Shown here piece by piece: positions 26,860-39,454 of a DNA stretch of 64,000 bases (position 1 is its first letter; each line of letters opens with the position of its first letter). Under the pieces are notes generated by a model that did no database searches, was not told the DNA's origin, and worked only from the letters and a program-made list of their open reading frames with translations. This stretch comes from Octopus vulgaris (Eukaryota): NCBI GenBank assembly GCA_951406725.2, contig OX597829.1, positions 35,216,001 to 35,280,000 of the forward strand, read 5' to 3'. A program made the position numbers and the translations under genes.

Positions 26860-27555
26860 ATAATTAATTATATACGAAGCTGAAGTTACAGTCACACTCC
26901 AAGACAAATCAATTGAAAAGAATTACATCGGCTTAAGCGAGGGCGAAATCAAGACACGTTATGCAAACCATCTATTTTCTTCCCGGCACATCAATAAAAG
27001 TAATGCAACTAAGTTGACTAAGCATGTATGGAATAGCTCTACACCACATACAGTTCAGAGGAGAATAATGAGGAAATCCAAGCTATATTTTAATAGATTT
27101 AAGAAATGCAACTTATGTGTAGCAGAACGATCTCATATTCTTCTTCGGTCTAACAATTCCAACGCACTATTTAATTCTAGATATGAAATTTTTTGCAGGT
27201 GTAGACACATGGACAGGCTTCTTTTATCGAATTGGATTGAGTTGCCGTCTCGCAGATTTTGATATATTTTCCGTTATTTTGTGACCAACCAAAATATTTA
27301 ATGAGCTTTCTGCTGTCAAGGAGAACGGGGATCTTAGTTCTTGACGTCGTTTCTTTTTTCTCGTTCCACTGTTGCACCAACATTTTTTCCCACGTTTTTC
27401 TTATTTTCTTCTTGTATAGTGTCCTTACTTTTAAAAAAATATATGCAACGCTTAAACAGAGCCTGAAAGATTGCTTTATGATACAGGGTGTATTTTATAG
27501 ATTATTTTATAGATACACTTGTACAAGTATCATATGAGTAACTCTTTCGATTGTG

Positions 27556-27560
<5 letters not shown>
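26860..27560 (+). mobile_element. Naiad-like PLE 3' fragment (GIY-YIG endonuclease and 3' region)
   Basis: IIYEAEVTV...NYIGLSEGEIKTRYANH..S.RH....NATKLTKHVW...CNLCVAERSHIL...FNSRYEIFCRCRH. A degenerate CTGAAAGA...GAGTAACTCT lies at 27463-27545. Confidence 0.8.
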
Positions 27561-27608
<48 letters not shown>

Positions 27609-27610
<2 letters not shown>

Positions 27611-29020
27611 AGAATTCACAAAAAAAAAGATGAAGACAGGTGATGTAGACAACAAACAGATGTATTAGTTTAACGCTCAGGAAGTGAAAAGGTCTTTAAC
27701 GCTCTTCCACAGAAAGGAACACAGAAAGAAACAAGGACAGAAAATAAAGAATGCGTAGTGGCTAGCGATCTATCATGGCAAATGCCGGACAGAGGTGTCA
27801 CACAGGAGAACTAGGAAGAAGGAGAGATAATAAAGTAGTGGTGATCCCAAATCGAAAGTGCACGTGGGTGTGTATAAGAGAGCATGTATGTGCGTGTGGA
27901 AGAGGGCTGGTGACCTTGACGTGTGCGTGTGTGCATGTCTAGGTGTGTGGATGATGGTGTGGAGCTGCGAAGTGGTCAGTACTAGTGTGTGCGTGGTGGT
28001 GTGATATGATGTGGTGTTGTGTGGTATGGTGGTATATGGTGTGGCGGTGTTGGGATGTGGGGGAGGCGAGAGTGGGGAAAGCAAGTGTGGAGTGTGGGTT
28101 AGGCTGAGGGTGGCGGTAGAGGTGTGGTATATGGGAGTGGGTGTAAGGGATAGGATGGGGTGGGATGGGATGGATAGGGAAGGTGGGGTTGGATTGTGTA
28201 GGGGTGGGGTTACGAGGGAGGGGTGACGAGGAAAAGAGAGGGGAAGGGAGAAGATGGGTAGGAGTGAAGAGAGAAGGAGAGTAGGAGGGAAGAGAAGGAG
28301 TCGGAGCAAGAGAGGAGAGGTGGGTGGGAGGAAGTAGGTGTAAGAGGAAGTGAGGAGAGGGGAAGAGGGTTAGATGAAGAGGGGAGGAGAGTTGAACCTA
28401 TGTGGCGCAAAGGAGCGAAGAGAGCAAAGACGGAAGTCCGGATGGCCCCTGTGCAAGGACAATCCGAACACAGGTGTTGCAAAGAGTGACTGGGAGAGCG
28501 GAAATGGCGCGAGAACGGGGTGTTATTGCCGAGTTGGATGTCTCGGAGGTGTTCCACGAACCGGTCAGCCAAACGGCGTCCCGTTTGTCCGATGTATAGA
28601 GAAGGGCAGAGAGAGCAGGAGATGCAGTAGATGACATTGGTAGAAGTGCAGGTGAAGGAGTCAGTGTTATGATAGGGTCGATGATGGGTGTCGATGAGCA
28701 GGGTGGTGTTGGAGAGGTAAGGGCAAGTGTGGCAGCGTGGGCAGGAGCAGGGGAACGATCCGGGTTGGGAGGTTGGGTTAGGGAAGAAGCTGTGGACGAA
28801 GAGGTCTCGTAGGTTGTGGACTCGTTTGAAGGATGGTGGGGTCGGTTAGGGAAGATGTGCAGAGAGGAGGGCTCGGACTGGAGTCTCCTGAAGGCTCGGA
28901 GAATGGTGGGTTGGAGAGGTAGGGTGGTGTGGTGGTAGGTGAGGGAAATCGGGAGACGACGGGGCGGGTGAGGGAAAAGAGAGCAGATTCACGGTCCACG
29001 AAAAGTGCTCTGGCAAGGGC
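27609..29020 (-). mobile_element. Neptune-like PLE 3' portion (Zn linker, GIY-YIG, CT-rich 3' region, terminal repeat)
   Basis: The minus strand reads PCSCPRCHTCPYL...SFTCTSTNVIYCISCSLCPSLYIGQTGRRLADRFVEHLRDI...SRHF. It ends at (TA)n. Confidence 0.85.
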
Positions 29021-29040
29021 ATATATAGTGCGTAAGTTTA

Positions 29041-30060
29041 TTAAGTTGGCAACTAAGTTCCCACCGTGTTTTTAAATTAAATTTTTTTTTAAAGGTTTAA
29101 TAAAAAAAAAATAACTTTACAACTTTTTCCCAACGTTCAACAAGATTTACAACACCTCGTTGGTAGAAATCATCCGATTTCGACTCGAAAAATTGATCCA
29201 ACCACGCTCTCAATTCTGCAACAGTATTGAACGAAACTCCGCGCATAGCATTTGAAAGAGATCGAAAGAGGTGGAAATCTGTTGGTGCCAAATCAGGAGA
29301 GTACGGTGGGTGTGACAGCACTTCCCAGCCATGCGTTTGAATGGCTTCCTTGGTGATATTGGCGATAAGAGGGCGGGCGTCGTCGTGCAGCAGAAGAAAT
29401 CCATGTTGACGATTAGGTCTTTTTTCTTGAATAGCCGTGTTGAATCATTCCATCTGTTGAACATAGAGTTCTGCGTTAACCGTTTAGTTCCGTTCAAACA
29501 ATTTGTAATGGATAAATCCTTCCCAGTCACACCAAACGCACAATATCGTTTTACGCGGATGAAGATCTTGTTTCACGTGCGGTGTCGCTTGTTTACCGGG
29601 GCAAAGCCATTCTTTATGCTGCTTCATATTGATGTACAGACACCATTTTTCGTCGCCAGTAACGATTCGGTTCATGTGTTGAGCAGTGACGTGCAAGCAA
29701 ACCAGCGGAAATTGTGGCTCGTTGATTTTTGTTGTCACTTAAAGCATGCGGAACCGATGCTCCATACTTCTGAACCTTTCCCATCGAGTGAAGATGCTTT
29801 TCTATAGCAGTGTGGGAGCATTCCATTTTCTCTGCCAGTTCCCTTGTTGTTAGACGAGAATTTTCGTGCAAAAGTTGGTTTAATGGCTCTTCATGGAACT
29901 CAACTGGACGGCCAGAACGGGATGTGTCTTTGAGGTCAAAATTTCCATTTTTGAACTTGGCATACCAATCACAAGCGACCCTTTCAGTTATGACACCCTC
30001 TCCATACACAGCACAAAGGTTGCGAGCAGCATTTGCGGCCTTGAATCTAGATTAAAAGCA
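29041..30060 (-). mobile_element. mariner (DD34D) transposon, frameshifted and 5'-truncated
   Basis: WYAKFKNGNFDLKDTSRSGRP, SVPHAL, IVTGDEKW and HPPYSPDLAPTDFHLF. One TIR, TTAAGTTGGCAACTAAG, follows TA at 29039-29040. Confidence 0.92.
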
Positions 30061-30175
30061 ACCTCGGAAGATGAAGTGGCCTGCCTATTCTCTCGACTTA
30101 AACAGCAATAGAAAGCTTGTGGAGTATTCTAAATCGATAGATTTACGAGAATGGACGCCGCCAAGTTAGGAGCAA
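30061..30175 (+). mobile_element. Tc1-like transposase C-terminal fragment
   Basis: MKWPAYSLDLN./IESLWSILNR.IYENGR resembles WPA.SPDLNPIENLW. Confidence 0.55.
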
Positions 30176-30670
30176 GGGTGAACTGTGGCAGGTAATAGTG
30201 GATGTATCTCGTGTTATAATATCAGAGGCGATCCAGACAGTATATATAATGTTCCATGGGCCAGCGCTCTTTCCAGGCTATTTCAAACAAAGGCTCGTAT
30301 ATCCTTTACCAGTTCACCAATCATTTTTGAACGCTGTTTTTTTGGTTTATTTCTACTTCTTCCATGTTAATGACTAATATATATTCATTTCATTATGTAC
30401 ATCAAAAAATTAAATTATTTTCCTGTTTACATGTGTTTTAATTACAATTTGCTAATGATTTGAAACAGTGAAAGTTAACGTAAATTTAGTAAATGGCTGT
30501 AGTTACTACGTTGTTTTACAGAGCATCACGTTTTTTTTTTCATACCATGCCCGTATAACTGTTGCTATTATCCACTGAATTGCAACGAGTAGTTTTTAAA
30601 TGAAATGAAAAATGTTACGTCGCTAATAATTTAATAATTTGAAACGCAGTGTATATATATATATATATGA

Positions 30671-31363
30671 TGTGGAAGGATTCCGACCACCCCCAAGTGA
30701 CTAAAAGTGGACCGACACTTTGCTATAAAATAAAGAACTTTGAGCAGTTCTGGGGTAAGCAGTTCACCGCGAGCCGTTGGCAGAGAGCATTTAACCTCGT
30801 GTAACAGTAATCGTAATGTGTCGTGTGAATACTTTCTTTCCCCCGCTTTGTTATATTATTTATCCAACGCCAGGATACAAAAGTAGCGACTAGTTGTTCG
30901 AAGTTTGCGTTGGTTTTTTGTTCGAAACCAAAGACAGATTGTTTAATATGGTGGACTTATTGGCCTCCATGCTGAAGTTGCAACAGTGACAGCAACAACA
31001 ATAACAGCAACACTAGCAACAACAGAAATTACAACAACAACAAAACCAACAGTTGCTGGAATGTATGTTGAAGAAGTCGTAAAATATTTCAGGTTCTTAG
31101 TCGTCAGACAGCGTAGCAAATTCAATTGAAGTATTCAGACGAAGGGATTTTCTTCTCTGCATATTTTCGAAGATACAAATAGATTTTCAAAGAAGAATAT
31201 TAAACTTGTCTGAAGTACAACTACTTTTAAGAAAGTTATCCCCTGCCGAACACGAAAAATATAGTAACTATATTCTGCCGAAGATATGTTTTGATGGAAC
31301 AATTTTTTTATCGTGAATTTTCAGTAAAAGAAGTTCCCTGTTCAATATTCGCTGGCAATGTTT
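30671..31363 (+). mobile_element. Gypsy (Mag-like) LTR and gag fragment
   Basis: Starts TGT after (TA)n and has CTATAAAA. Downstream reads DEGIFFSAYFRRYK.IF, VQLLLRKLSPAEHEKYSNYILPK and IFSKRSSLFNIRWQCL, matching a Gypsy gag N-terminal pattern. Confidence 0.65.
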
Positions 31364-31371
31364 ATATATAT

Positions 31372-31544
31372 GAGTGGCTGTGCGGTAAGTAGCTTGTTTA
31401 CCAACCACATGATTCCGGGTTCAGTCCCACTGCGTGGCACCTTGGGCAAGTGTCTTCTACTATAGCCTCGGGCCGACCAAAGCCTTGTAAGTGGATTTGG
31501 TAGATTTGGTAGATGGAAACTGAAAGAAGCCCGTCGTATATATG

Positions 31545-31576
<32 letters not shown>

Positions 31577-31796
31577 AGTTTGTATATCTGTATTTGGCCC
31601 CCAACATCGCTTGACAACCGATGCTGGTGTGTTTATGTCCCCGTCACTTAGCGGTTCGGCAAAGAGACTGATAGAATAAGTACTGGGCTTACAAAGAATA
31701 AGTCCCGGGGTCGAGTTGCTCGATTAAAGGCGGTGCTCCAGCATGGTCGCAGTCAAATGACTGAAACAAGTAAAAGAGTAAAAGAGAATAAAAGAG
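31372..31796 (+). mobile_element. Full-length tRNA-derived CORE-type SINE (family A)
   Basis: Head GAGTGGCTGTGCGGTAAG, GGTTCAGTCCC, CCTTGGGCAAGTGTCTT, internal (TG)n, and tail GGCGGTGCTCCAGCATGG...GACTGAAACAAGTAAAAGAG. Confidence 0.88.
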
Positions 31797-32506
31797 TATA
31801 TATATATATATATATACATACACGCAACACACATTTCAATGATGGAAACTCACGTAAGATTATCTGTACTAATCCTCTGAACTCTCATGTAATTTCAATA
31901 GTTCTTTTGGACATATTTCTTTTCCGTAAATCTTGGTCTGGCTCCCTCATATACACACACACGCACGCACGCACGCACGCACGCACGCACTCATGCACGC
32001 ACACGCACGCACACGCACACATACACATACACACGCGCACGCAGACGCATCTTTCTACAGAATTACAGAATAAACAGTAGAAAAGCATAAATTTCACTGA
32101 TATATCATAATTTAAATACTTCCAACAGCTGTTTTAATAAGAATAAGCATAATTAATTCAATAATCATGTAATTAAGTTAAATGCTTAATGGAAATTAAT
32201 TGAAATTAAATTAATTCTCAACTAAGCTCATCTCAAATCATTACGAATACTCTTGTGCTAGCAATTTCCGTTGCTGTTTTAAATCACTTGTATTTAAACA
32301 AGCAACAATTTTCCACATTGTAATCTAAATAGACGTTGGTCTTAAGGGTCGTTTTAGCCGATTATGTACATATATGCAAAATTCTTCCGCTGGATTCATT
32401 GCAATGTATAATGTATACGAGTTTATACAGTTCTATATTTTTGAGATGAGGAATTCCGTACATTATTTACATTGGACGGATATGCTTCCTCACCTTGTTT
32501 GTTGTT

Positions 32507-32552
32507 AACACAACGTTTCGGCTGATTTACTCTCCAGCCTTCATCAGGCGTC
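32507..32552 (-). ncRNA. Minimal type-I hammerhead ribozyme in the inverted PLE repeat
   Basis: The minus strand reads GACGC-CTGATGA-AGGCTG..CAGCC-GAAAC-GTT-GTGTT. Stem III is the loopless palindrome AACGTT. Confidence 0.65.
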
Positions 32553-33950
32553 CTGGGGATATTCCATTAAGACCATAGTGAGCGTTAGAGATTCGGCATG
32601 CCATGCACTGAGCCGCTTCCTTGTGGATATAATCAGTCCATTAGCAAGTAAGTCAACATCATATGTGAATAATTCCACCCATTTCATAGAATTGATCAAG
32701 GGTACCCCATTGAATCCAACCAGATGGTGAGTTTAGAAGTGATAAGTCTGTTCACCAAAGTCCCAACTGATGAAGCACTATCGCTGATTCAAGAAAAACT
32801 GGTGGCGAACACCTGTCTAAAAGATCGCATTAGTATATCAATAGGAAACTTGATGGAAAGGTTGACCTTCTGTGTAGAAACTACCTACTTCAGAGTAGAC
32901 ATTCAGATATATCGACAGGATGTGGGTTTAGCTATGGGTTTGCCATTATCATCAATAACAGTCAATATATACATGGAATACTTTGAGAATTTGGCTTTAG
33001 GAGCAACACCACTAAAGCCAACCCTATGATTTCGATACGTTGATGACACCTTTATACTGTGGCCCCACCAGGAAGATGTCCAAGTGCTGTTATATCATGT
33101 GAACTCAATAAAGCCATCCATACAGTTCACAATGGAAAAAGAAAAAGACAATCAGCGGGCATTCCTGGACGTATTAATAACACGCACCAAGTATAGATTC
33201 AGGACATCCGTATACCGCAAGCCGACCTTCATTGGACGATACCTCAACTTCAATTTCCACCATCCATACAGTGTAAAGAGAGGGATTGCTCAATGTGTAA
33301 AACAGCGAACAAAGAATATAAGTAGTGATCCTGATACACACCATGAATAAATGATCAAGCTAAATAACAATCTATTAAGCAACAACTACCCCAAAAGTAT
33401 ACTATCCACTCCAATTATAAAGAAAAGAGAGGATGAAACTGATAAACTGTCCACAGTCTGTCTACCCTATGTGAAAGACCTCTCCGAAAAGATACAAAAG
33501 ATATGCGGCCCATATGACATCACGACAGTATTCAAGAGTAATACAACACTTCGCAAATATCTCCTTCGAGTAAAACCACCAATAGAAGAAAATATGACTG
33601 CGTGTGCTCCATCTCATGCAGCGGTGGTAGGTTATACAAAGATGAAACTCAAAATAAGGGTAGAGGAGCATCGTAAGCTGTGACTCGAGGAGATGTTGAA
33701 AAATCGGGATAGCTGATCATGTATGGAAAAATGGAGACCACCTGCCCCATGTGGGATGAAGTTAAAATAATAGACAGAGAACACCACTGGAAAATACGAA
33801 AACTAAAAGGAACAGCACATATGCTAGGACACAACAACCTCCTAAGCAGACCGAGTGCAGATATGAGCAGCATATAGGAACCGGTATTAAGGAAGGATAA
33901 GAAAATATTAGATTCATAAAAGCCCTAAAATTTACTCTATAACTGCTCAC

Positions 33951-34018
33951 GAGCATATAGCGTAATGGTTAAGAGCGCGGGCTATTAACCCTAGATTGCA
34001 AGTTCAATTTAAGGCAGT
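33951..34018 (+). other. tRNA-like module in the PLE 3' region (not a functional tRNA gene)
   Basis: A-box TAGCGTAATGG (33958-33968), anticodon-like arm GGG-CTATTAA-CCC, and degenerate B-box AGTTCAATT (34001-34009). No acceptor stem. Confidence 0.6.
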
Positions 34019-34090
34019 AATAATAACATCAGCAAGAAAAAAAAAGCCTTTAGAAATAAGAATCCAGGATTGGGTTTAAAATTCTACCAG

Positions 34091-34135
34091 AACACCTGAT
34101 GAAGGCTGGAGAGTAAATCAGACGAAACGTGGTAA
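34091..34135 (+). ncRNA. Hammerhead motif in the PLE 3' terminal repeat, partly damaged
   Basis: CTGATGA at 34096-34102 and GAAAC at 34124-34128. There is a small deletion after GAAACGT relative to the inverted copy. Confidence 0.5.
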
Positions 34136-35376
34136 CAACAAACAAGATGAGGACACATCCATCCAATGTAAAATAACGTAAATAATGTATACGAGTTTAA
34201 TAAGTCTTAATTACTGTGGATATATAATTTGCGATGTTTTATGCATCATTCCTTTTTCATTTCATTCAACACAATTTTAAGTAACAGCAATTTTGTTAGT
34301 CATCAACAGTTTTGTGTTTTCTCAAATGCAACAACCTTACTGAGCTATCCGTTGATGGAATTTACTGCTCTTGAATGAAAGACTTTTCTAAGATCTTTTC
34401 AACAGTTATTCTTCTTCTCCTACTCCGTCTATTTCACACTGTGTTCATTACATATTTGATGATTCTGCGGTTAATTTCTCATTTTGTTCGGCTTTGTTTA
34501 CAGTGTTGTGTAAATGTAAAGAAACTTAACAACACAATCCCATCGTACAAATGCAACCAACCAAGTTAAAATGACTATTTTCTGTATTGTGACCCCCCAC
34601 CTCACATTTCAATAATTTACTTTAGCATATATATTGAACTCGCATTCCGCTTAAACTCACAATAATTACATTTTATTTTTCCTGATAATTTGTAAAGCAT
34701 TTATTGTTAATTTTTCTCTATGCCAATAACCGAAAACTATTCTCTCCATTTTTTCAGTATGTTGCTTCTTCGCAATATGCAAAACTGTATGCACCTTACA
34801 ATGCATATACCAATTCAAATTATTATCAGAGTGTAAATAAAATGTTTATTACATACATGCATACACATATTTATGTCATATACACAAGCTTATGTCATTA
34901 TCTATTTTATACACAACAATAATATATTCTGTTTTTGAGTTATATCATAACCTAAACATTTTAACACAATTTGAAATTACTTAATTCTTATCTGAAGTCC
35001 ATTCAATTAGAAGTCCTATTATTAAATATTTTCATCTGCTGACGTCCGTCGAGACTCAATTGAATAGCTTGTAGAAATCTCTGTTACACTAAGATGCATT
35101 ATTTCCACGAATAAGAAAAAAATAATAATAAAAGAAGGAAGCCGAACATTTAACAATATTTGTTTAGGGATTTAGTATTTACATTTCTATTATGAAACCC
35201 TAAATGGTGGGAGTCAGACCTTACATAGCGGCTTTCTCTGTATACACATAAACCACAACCATTAAATTGGCATCTAAATAGAAACTCCATATATATATAT
35301 ATATGTATGTATACATTCATATATACATACATATACTTATATATATTCATATATACATATATACTTATATATATTC

Positions 35377-35452
<76 letters not shown>

Positions 35453-35518
35453 TCATATATACATATATACTTATACATGCGTATATATATAATGCATATA
35501 TTATATATATAATATATA

Positions 35519-35562
<44 letters not shown>

Positions 35563-36216
35563 ACGAACATACACACGTGAGCATAATAATCAAATTATTC
35601 ATAATTCTGAAAAGGATACAGTACAAAGAGATTACAGAGCTTAAATATCACTTATGAAACAATTTCTGACATGTTTTAACTGGTTTTACTATCCAAGAGG
35701 AGTTCCTCAGAGAATTGAGTGTTTACAATATAAACTTTTAAATAGTTTAAGAAAAAATAAAGATAAACGATAGGAAGAATAGAGAAAGAGGAGAGATCAG
35801 GAAGAACGAATTTTGTGGAAGCGATACAAGACGCAAGAATCGTGTGATTGAATTTATAGAGTCTATATACATAAATAATATATATTTATGTAAACATAGA
35901 TATATGCACACACACACATGCTTGTATAAATAATATGTAAACATACACATATACACGCAAACACAGGCGCACATATACATTAAAAAAAAGATAGTCTCAG
36001 TTCCTCATTATTCAGAGTCTAGTGGGCGAAGAACACGTCCATATCATCATATGTTCAGAGAGTGTTGAATTAGAAAGAGGGAAACAATCCGGTTTAACCT
36101 TGAAATTAATATATCGTGAAGATTCTTGATACTGATAATGTAGCAATTATTAGAAAAACCCAAATATAACTTTACCATACACACTAATATAATATGATAT
36201 AATATGATATAATGCA

Positions 36217-36266
<50 letters not shown>

Positions 36267-36362
36267 ATATATATATGTATATATATTTATATTGAGAGAG
36301 AGAGGGAGAGAGAGAGAAATAGAAATAAGAGAGACTTTCATATACATACATACATACATACA

Positions 36363-36983
<621 letters not shown>

Positions 36984-37041
36984 TATCTACGCACACAGAG
37001 ACACCCAGACAGATAGACAGATAGACACACACACATATATA

Positions 37042-38297
37042 CAGGGTGCGTAAGGTTTTTGAGGACATACGTTTTTTGGGGTCATTGCTGCATTTTTTGC
37101 TAACTCTTGTTTCAGATAATAATGATGGCAGACCCTCAGCTTACTCAAGAAATGAAGCGACATTCTGTTATTGTGGTTATAAAGGCTGAGCATAGTGATT
37201 TAGAAATATATCGATGTTTAAAGTTGCCAGACCTTTCGTCTACAAAGATTTTAAGGAGTCGAGACTGAAGATGGAAACGTATCACCAGTATCAAAGCATA
37301 AAATGTATTCCAAACGCTCTGAAATTATCAGAACACCTGAATTTATTCATCAAGTTCAATAGACCATTGATTACAATCCCAGAAAGTCCATCAGGTCATT
37401 TGTAAAAAGATCTCCATGTGTCAGAAGGAACAGTGAGAAATGTTCTCCACGAAGCCATCAGATATACGTCTTATATGATGAGGAAATGTCAGTTTGTCAG
37501 AAAAAGCTAAAAGAAAATCACTACATCAGATATAAAAGGCTCTTAAGCAAACTAAAAAGTCCGGCAGAAGATTTAATTTGTTTTTTATCAAACGAGAAAA
37601 ACTTCGACCAAGATCAAAAAGTTAACAGAAGAAATGACAAATGGCTATGTGCAGATCCTTCTGAAGATCCAGGTGTTATACATAAAAATTTCCTGCAACT
37701 TTCATGGTTTTAGGGGTTGTCAGCAATTAAGGGCATGTGATGCCACCTTATTTCTTTAGAGTTAATTCTGTCGCCTTAGAGTTATTTCTGTCGCCTACAT
37801 TGAGGTCCTGGAAATAATTGTTAAGCCCTGGATAGACAGTGTATGCAATGGAAGGTCATATGTGCTTCAGTAAGACTCTGCACTAGAATACATGGCTCTA
37901 GTAACACAGGAATGGATGGCTTAAAATTTACATGATAATATAACCCCTAACATTTGGCCTCCTAATTTCCCAGATTTCAACCCGTTGGATTATTACACGT
38001 AGAGCGTTGTTGAAAGAGAAAGGTCAATGAATACGCCCATAACACCAAAGATTCTTTGAAAGCTGCTATAGTCAGAGTAATGTTCAAAATGAACCAGGAC
38101 CACTTGATTCGAGCATGTAGATGATTTAGATCTCATATAGAAGCAGTTATTGAAGCTGAAGATGGTTTTATTGAATAACATTATAGAAAAGGTTTATTTT
38201 TATCCTCATAGCATTTTTTGAAAAATAAAGTTACTATCTATTGTATATTTGATTTTTTATAAACATAAATCTGTCCTCAAATATCTTACGCACCCTG
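37042..38297 (+). mobile_element. Near full-length Tc1/mariner (maT/DD37D-like) transposon, pseudogenised
   Basis: TA-flanked TIRs CAGGGTGCGTAAG / CTTACGCACCCTG. ORF pieces FLSNEKNFDQDQKVNRRNDKWL, Q*DSA and IWPPNFPDFNPLDY. Confidence 0.9.
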
Positions 38298-38359
38298 TAT
38301 TTACATACATGCATATATATATGTATATATGAATATATATATATTTTACACACACATAC

Positions 38360-38430
<71 letters not shown>

Positions 38431-38561
38431 TACAGTGTACATTAAAACACATTAAAATTGTGTGAAAAACAGCTGTAATGAGCTGACATTTCTAATTTGT
38501 CTGCTATTATTCATTTGAAAAACAGCTGTATATATATATATTATATATATATATATATATA

Positions 38562-38880
38562 TATGGAAAAACAAGTCAAGATAGAAAATGCTAAAATAAT
38601 TTTATAAAGAACATTGTCGTTGTGAATTCACAATGACCTCGAACCCACAAGAGTAAACAAGAGAGACAGAAACAGGCAGAAACAAGGAAAATGCCACTTG
38701 TATTTGAACACTATACAAATATTCTTTTAAAATACTTTTCTTTTAATTTTTCTAAATTTAATTATTTAATTGTTGAAAATGTTTCAATGACTGAAACCGG
38801 TACTGAAATGTTCTTTATAAAATTATTTTAGCATTTTCTATCTTGACTTGTTTTTCCATATAAATCAACTCGTGTGTTCC
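38562..38880. mobile_element. (TA)n-associated fold-back element with a half hammerhead
   Basis: 54-bp perfect inverted repeat at 38562-38615 / 38807-38860. GAAACCGGTA at 38793-38802. Confidence 0.65.
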
Positions 38881-38901
38881 TTTTCATCCTTATACATATA
38901 T

Positions 38902-39118
38902 ATAGTTCAAATTTACAGAAAACAAAAGACGAAGACATGTGAGAGAACAACAAGTAAGTGTATTAGTCTGACACTCTGGAAGAATGGAAAAGCCTTTGAA
39001 GTTTCGAGCCTCTACGTTCTTCGACAGAAAAGATTGAGAGGGAGAAGATGGAGAGAGAACGAAGAAAAGCGAAGAGAGAAAAAAATGTGTAGGGATTAAC
39101 GGTTCAACATGATGAAAA
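38902..39118 (-). mobile_element. PLE terminal-repeat fragment related to 27609-27790
   Basis: Shares AAAAGA.GAAGACA.GTG...ACAACAA..A..TGTATTAGT.T.AC.CTC.G with the Neptune-like element end. The minus strand has a degenerate CGAAGA...GCTCGAAAC. Confidence 0.55.
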
Positions 39119-39120
39119 GA

Positions 39121-39160
<40 letters not shown>

Positions 39161-39163
<3 letters not shown>

Positions 39164-39389
39164 GGAGTAAACACATAAATGTGAAACAAGGTGGAAAAAA
39201 GAGTACTCAAATACCAGTGGTAGAGTAATATGCTTTATTTAAAGCAGCAGAAAATTCAACAAAATCTGTTACTCTGAGTTTCTCGTTGCCGTTCATCAGA
39301 CAGTTTTTGCTAGCAAAAACTGTCTGATGAACGGCAACGAGAAACTCAGAGTAACAGATTTTGTTGAATTTTCTGCTGCTTTAAATAAA

Positions 39390-39390
<1 letters not shown>
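39161..39390. mobile_element. (TA)n-flanked element with a perfect 158-bp palindrome and two hammerheads
   Basis: 39233-39311 is the exact reverse complement of 39312-39390. Confidence 0.85.
39320..39357 (+). ncRNA. Minimal type-I hammerhead ribozyme (mirror copy on minus strand at 39266-39303)
   Basis: CTGT-CTGATGA-ACGGCAACGA-GAAAC-TCAGA-GTA-ACAG. Stem I CTGT/ACAG, stem II CG-GCAA-CG, stem III ACT/AGT. Confidence 0.7.
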
Positions 39391-39445
<55 letters not shown>

Positions 39446-39454
39446 CTTATATAA

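Larger units (their letters stand above)
32426..34181 (+). mobile_element. 5'-truncated Penelope/Poseidon-type PLE with inverted terminal repeat and 18-bp TSD
   Basis: RT motifs MVSLEVISLFTKVP, YRQDVGLAMGLPLS, FRYVDDTF, IQFTMEKE, FLDVLI and VYRKPT, plus GIY-YIG remnants (RVEEHRK, SGIADHVW). 32460-32560 is the inverse of ~34085-34189. ATAATGTATACGAGTTTA occurs at 32408-32425 and 34182-34199. Confidence 0.92.

Noticed and set aside
35655-35715. Hammerhead-like CTGAGGA on the minus strand
   Set aside because: The GAAA box and cleavage triplet are altered, so it cannot be distinguished from chance.
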